From: Lobosporangium transversale
Lineage: Eukaryota
Assembly (NCBI RefSeq): GCF_002105155.1
Contig: NW_019029000.1
Coordinates: 558,001 to 622,000 of the forward strand
Length of the DNA: 64,000 nt
Direction of reading: 5' to 3'
In this document: in pieces, positions 62,320 to 64,000 of the stretch
How the letters are laid out: the number at the start of each line of letters is the position of its first letter
How positions within the stretch are numbered: the first letter of the stretch is position 1
The notes under the pieces: generated by a model
What the model was told of the DNA's origin: nothing
What the model saw: only the letters and a program-made list of their open reading frames with translations
Databases searched by the model: none
Translations under genes and position numbers: made by a program

Positions 62320-63922
62320 CAGTGGTCATCAAAAGTCATTCAATGATTTTGAATTTTTAACATTCTCATTCCTTTTCTTCATTCTCATCTAGCATGTGGC
62401 TAGTATATTTGGGGTAGTGCATTTGTTCCCCACACCTCATGATTACTTTCATGTCTCATTCCTAATTATGACTTCATTGTGAAATAAAACCAATTTCAAT
62501 TTGACCTGCCTATTGAATGACTTCTGCTGAATTTCAATGTTGATTGCAAAAAAAACTTTTTCACTTCTCTTTTTTCTACCAAGATTACCTTCAGCTATAT
62601 CTTCATACACCTCTACTTACAATTAACATTCCACATCGTTTAGTATTTATTATGAGGACGCTTTCTATGGAAAAGGTACAAAATGCTCAGGCCTTACTTC
62701 GACAAGGGAAGTCTACAAGCGAAGTGGCAAGGCAACTTGGTATCTCTATTTCATCGGCAATAAGGATCAGGAGGGACGTCATGGACAATATTCCTAAACC
62801 CAGAATGGGCAGACCCTCATTGGTTTCCCCTGCTACCAAGAGGGTTATTGCACGCGAGGTTGATACGGGGAAACTTAGATCCATTCTGGCAGTTCAAGAA
62901 TACATCAGATCGAGCCATGGAGTGCATGTCAGTGTAGAGACTGCCCGACGCTATGTAAAATCAGAGGGTTTGAAAAACTATGGCCGCCCATTCAAGCCTA
63001 GGCTGACAAAAATGCAGATTGCGAAAAGGAAGAATTTTGCCCTCAACCACCTTGACTGGACTGTTGATGACTGGAAGCGAGTGATGTTCTCGGACGAAAA
63101 GCTTTTTGAAAGGCTAGGGTCCTTAGGAGGAAGAACACAATATAGGCGACCCGGCCACAGGACTTTAGAAGATCGAGATGTTAGAGAGAGATCAAGGGGA
63201 GCACATAACAAACTTATGTGGTGGGGCTGTATCACTTATCATGGTGTAGGCGATGGTTGCAGGATCCCTGTCACAGTTGATTCCTCTTTATATGTTGATG
63301 TTCTACAAGATTATGTCCTCGGCTCATGGAAGTGGTATGGCCAGGACCCTGAAAAGTTAATTTTTCAGCAGGACAATGCAAGTGCTCATACGAATAGGAT
63401 GGTTAAAGAGTTCTTAATTAAGTCACACATTACCACTTTGGAGTGGCCTCCAAATTCTCCTGACCTCAGCCCTATCGAAAATGTATGGGCCTACATGGAT
63501 CAGCGGCTCAAGGGATATGAGAAGGTACCAAAGGATCGGATGAACTATGGGAAAGACTACAGGATATCTGGACATCTATTCTACCTGACTTCCTTGATGA
63601 GCTATATGAAAGTATGCCACGAAGGGTAGAGGAGCTACATCGCATGAAAGGATCTCGTACACATTGCTGAAGAACAGAAAAAAAAAACAAATAAAGCAAA
63701 GCTGCTGATTTTCTTCAAATGTCATTCAATGAGATGCCAATAATTGGCATTCATCTAAATTTTCAATTAGCAACAGGAGCTCATTGACATTGTAGTAGGA
63801 GTGACGTTGTCGATGGTCAAACTCGCTACGTAAGTTTCATTAGCGACAAGCAAGATCAAATTGGAGAAAGGAATGAGAATGTCGAAATTCCTAATTCATT
63901 GAATGACTTTTGATGGCCACTG
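62320..63922 (+). mobile_element. Tc1/mariner element B, copy 2 (1603 bp, uninterrupted)
   Basis: TIRs CAGTGGTCATC.../...GATGGCCACTG, TA at 62318-19 and 63923-24. Near-identical inverted copy of element B copy 1. Confidence 0.95.
62652..63670 (+). pseudogene. Tc1-B transposase (DD34E) with a frameshift near the C-terminus
   Basis: FSDEK, QQDN and SPDLSPIE with 34-residue spacing. The canonical tail DELWERLQDIW..LYESMPRRV lies in the -1 frame after ~63538. Confidence 0.85.
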
Positions 63923-64000
63923 TAGAAGCAATATCAGGGTGCATGTTGGTGGCGGTGTTTGGTGAGGATTGAGGGAGTTTAACTGTGGCAAGATAAATCT

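Larger units (their letters stand above)
47343..64000 (-). mobile_element. Ty3/gypsy chromovirus A, fragmented by nested insertions (3' LTR ~47343-47428; chromodomain 47451-47642; integrase 52747-54223; inverted RT-RNaseH 61100-62319; continues past 63924)
   Basis: Fragments rejoin in frame: ..HPDIAS|IIQVEFP..YLDD..YTDHA|TLRHFPTQ..integrase..RPPPEI|IDDEEEYEVEAILDH..GL*. PPT AAAATGGGAAGG abuts TGTGACAG. In-frame TGA at 52915-52917. Confidence 0.88.

Noticed and set aside
47155..64000. RIP-like hypermutation of the repeats
   Set aside because: LTR pairs, TIR pairs and the two Tc1-B copies are nearly identical, with only isolated transitions.

Overview
Eukaryotic fungal DNA with GT-AG introns rich in poly(A)/poly(T) tracts. 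The DGAT2, E3BP and PHO91 proteins point to an early-diverging fungus, probably Mortierellaceae (inference). Bases 1-47.1 kb are gene-dense: LSM5, DGAT2, PDH E3-binding protein, PYM1, an ABC1/ADCK kinase, an orphan Cys-rich protein, a secreted ricin-B-like protein, ASNSD1, a CCCH/CUE/Smr protein, a ~71-aa mitochondrial-type microprotein, a DDX21-like helicase, thymidylate kinase, a PHO91-type SPX phosphate transporter with a hAT MITE in intron 1, DHODH, a Nudix hydrolase and an ankyrin-DIL protein. From 47155 to the window end, a cysteine-dioxygenase-like exon is interrupted by a nested transposon stack four levels deep: Tc1-C > Ty3/gypsy chromovirus A > {hAT > intact Tc1-A with an atypical DD39E triad} and {two inverted Tc1-B copies, one carrying an intact chromovirus B with identical LTRs}. 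The 1.2-kb RT-RNaseH segment of chromovirus A between the two Tc1-B copies is precisely inverted. Coordinates were read by eye and may be off by a few bases. Family calls come from motif recognition, not database searches.
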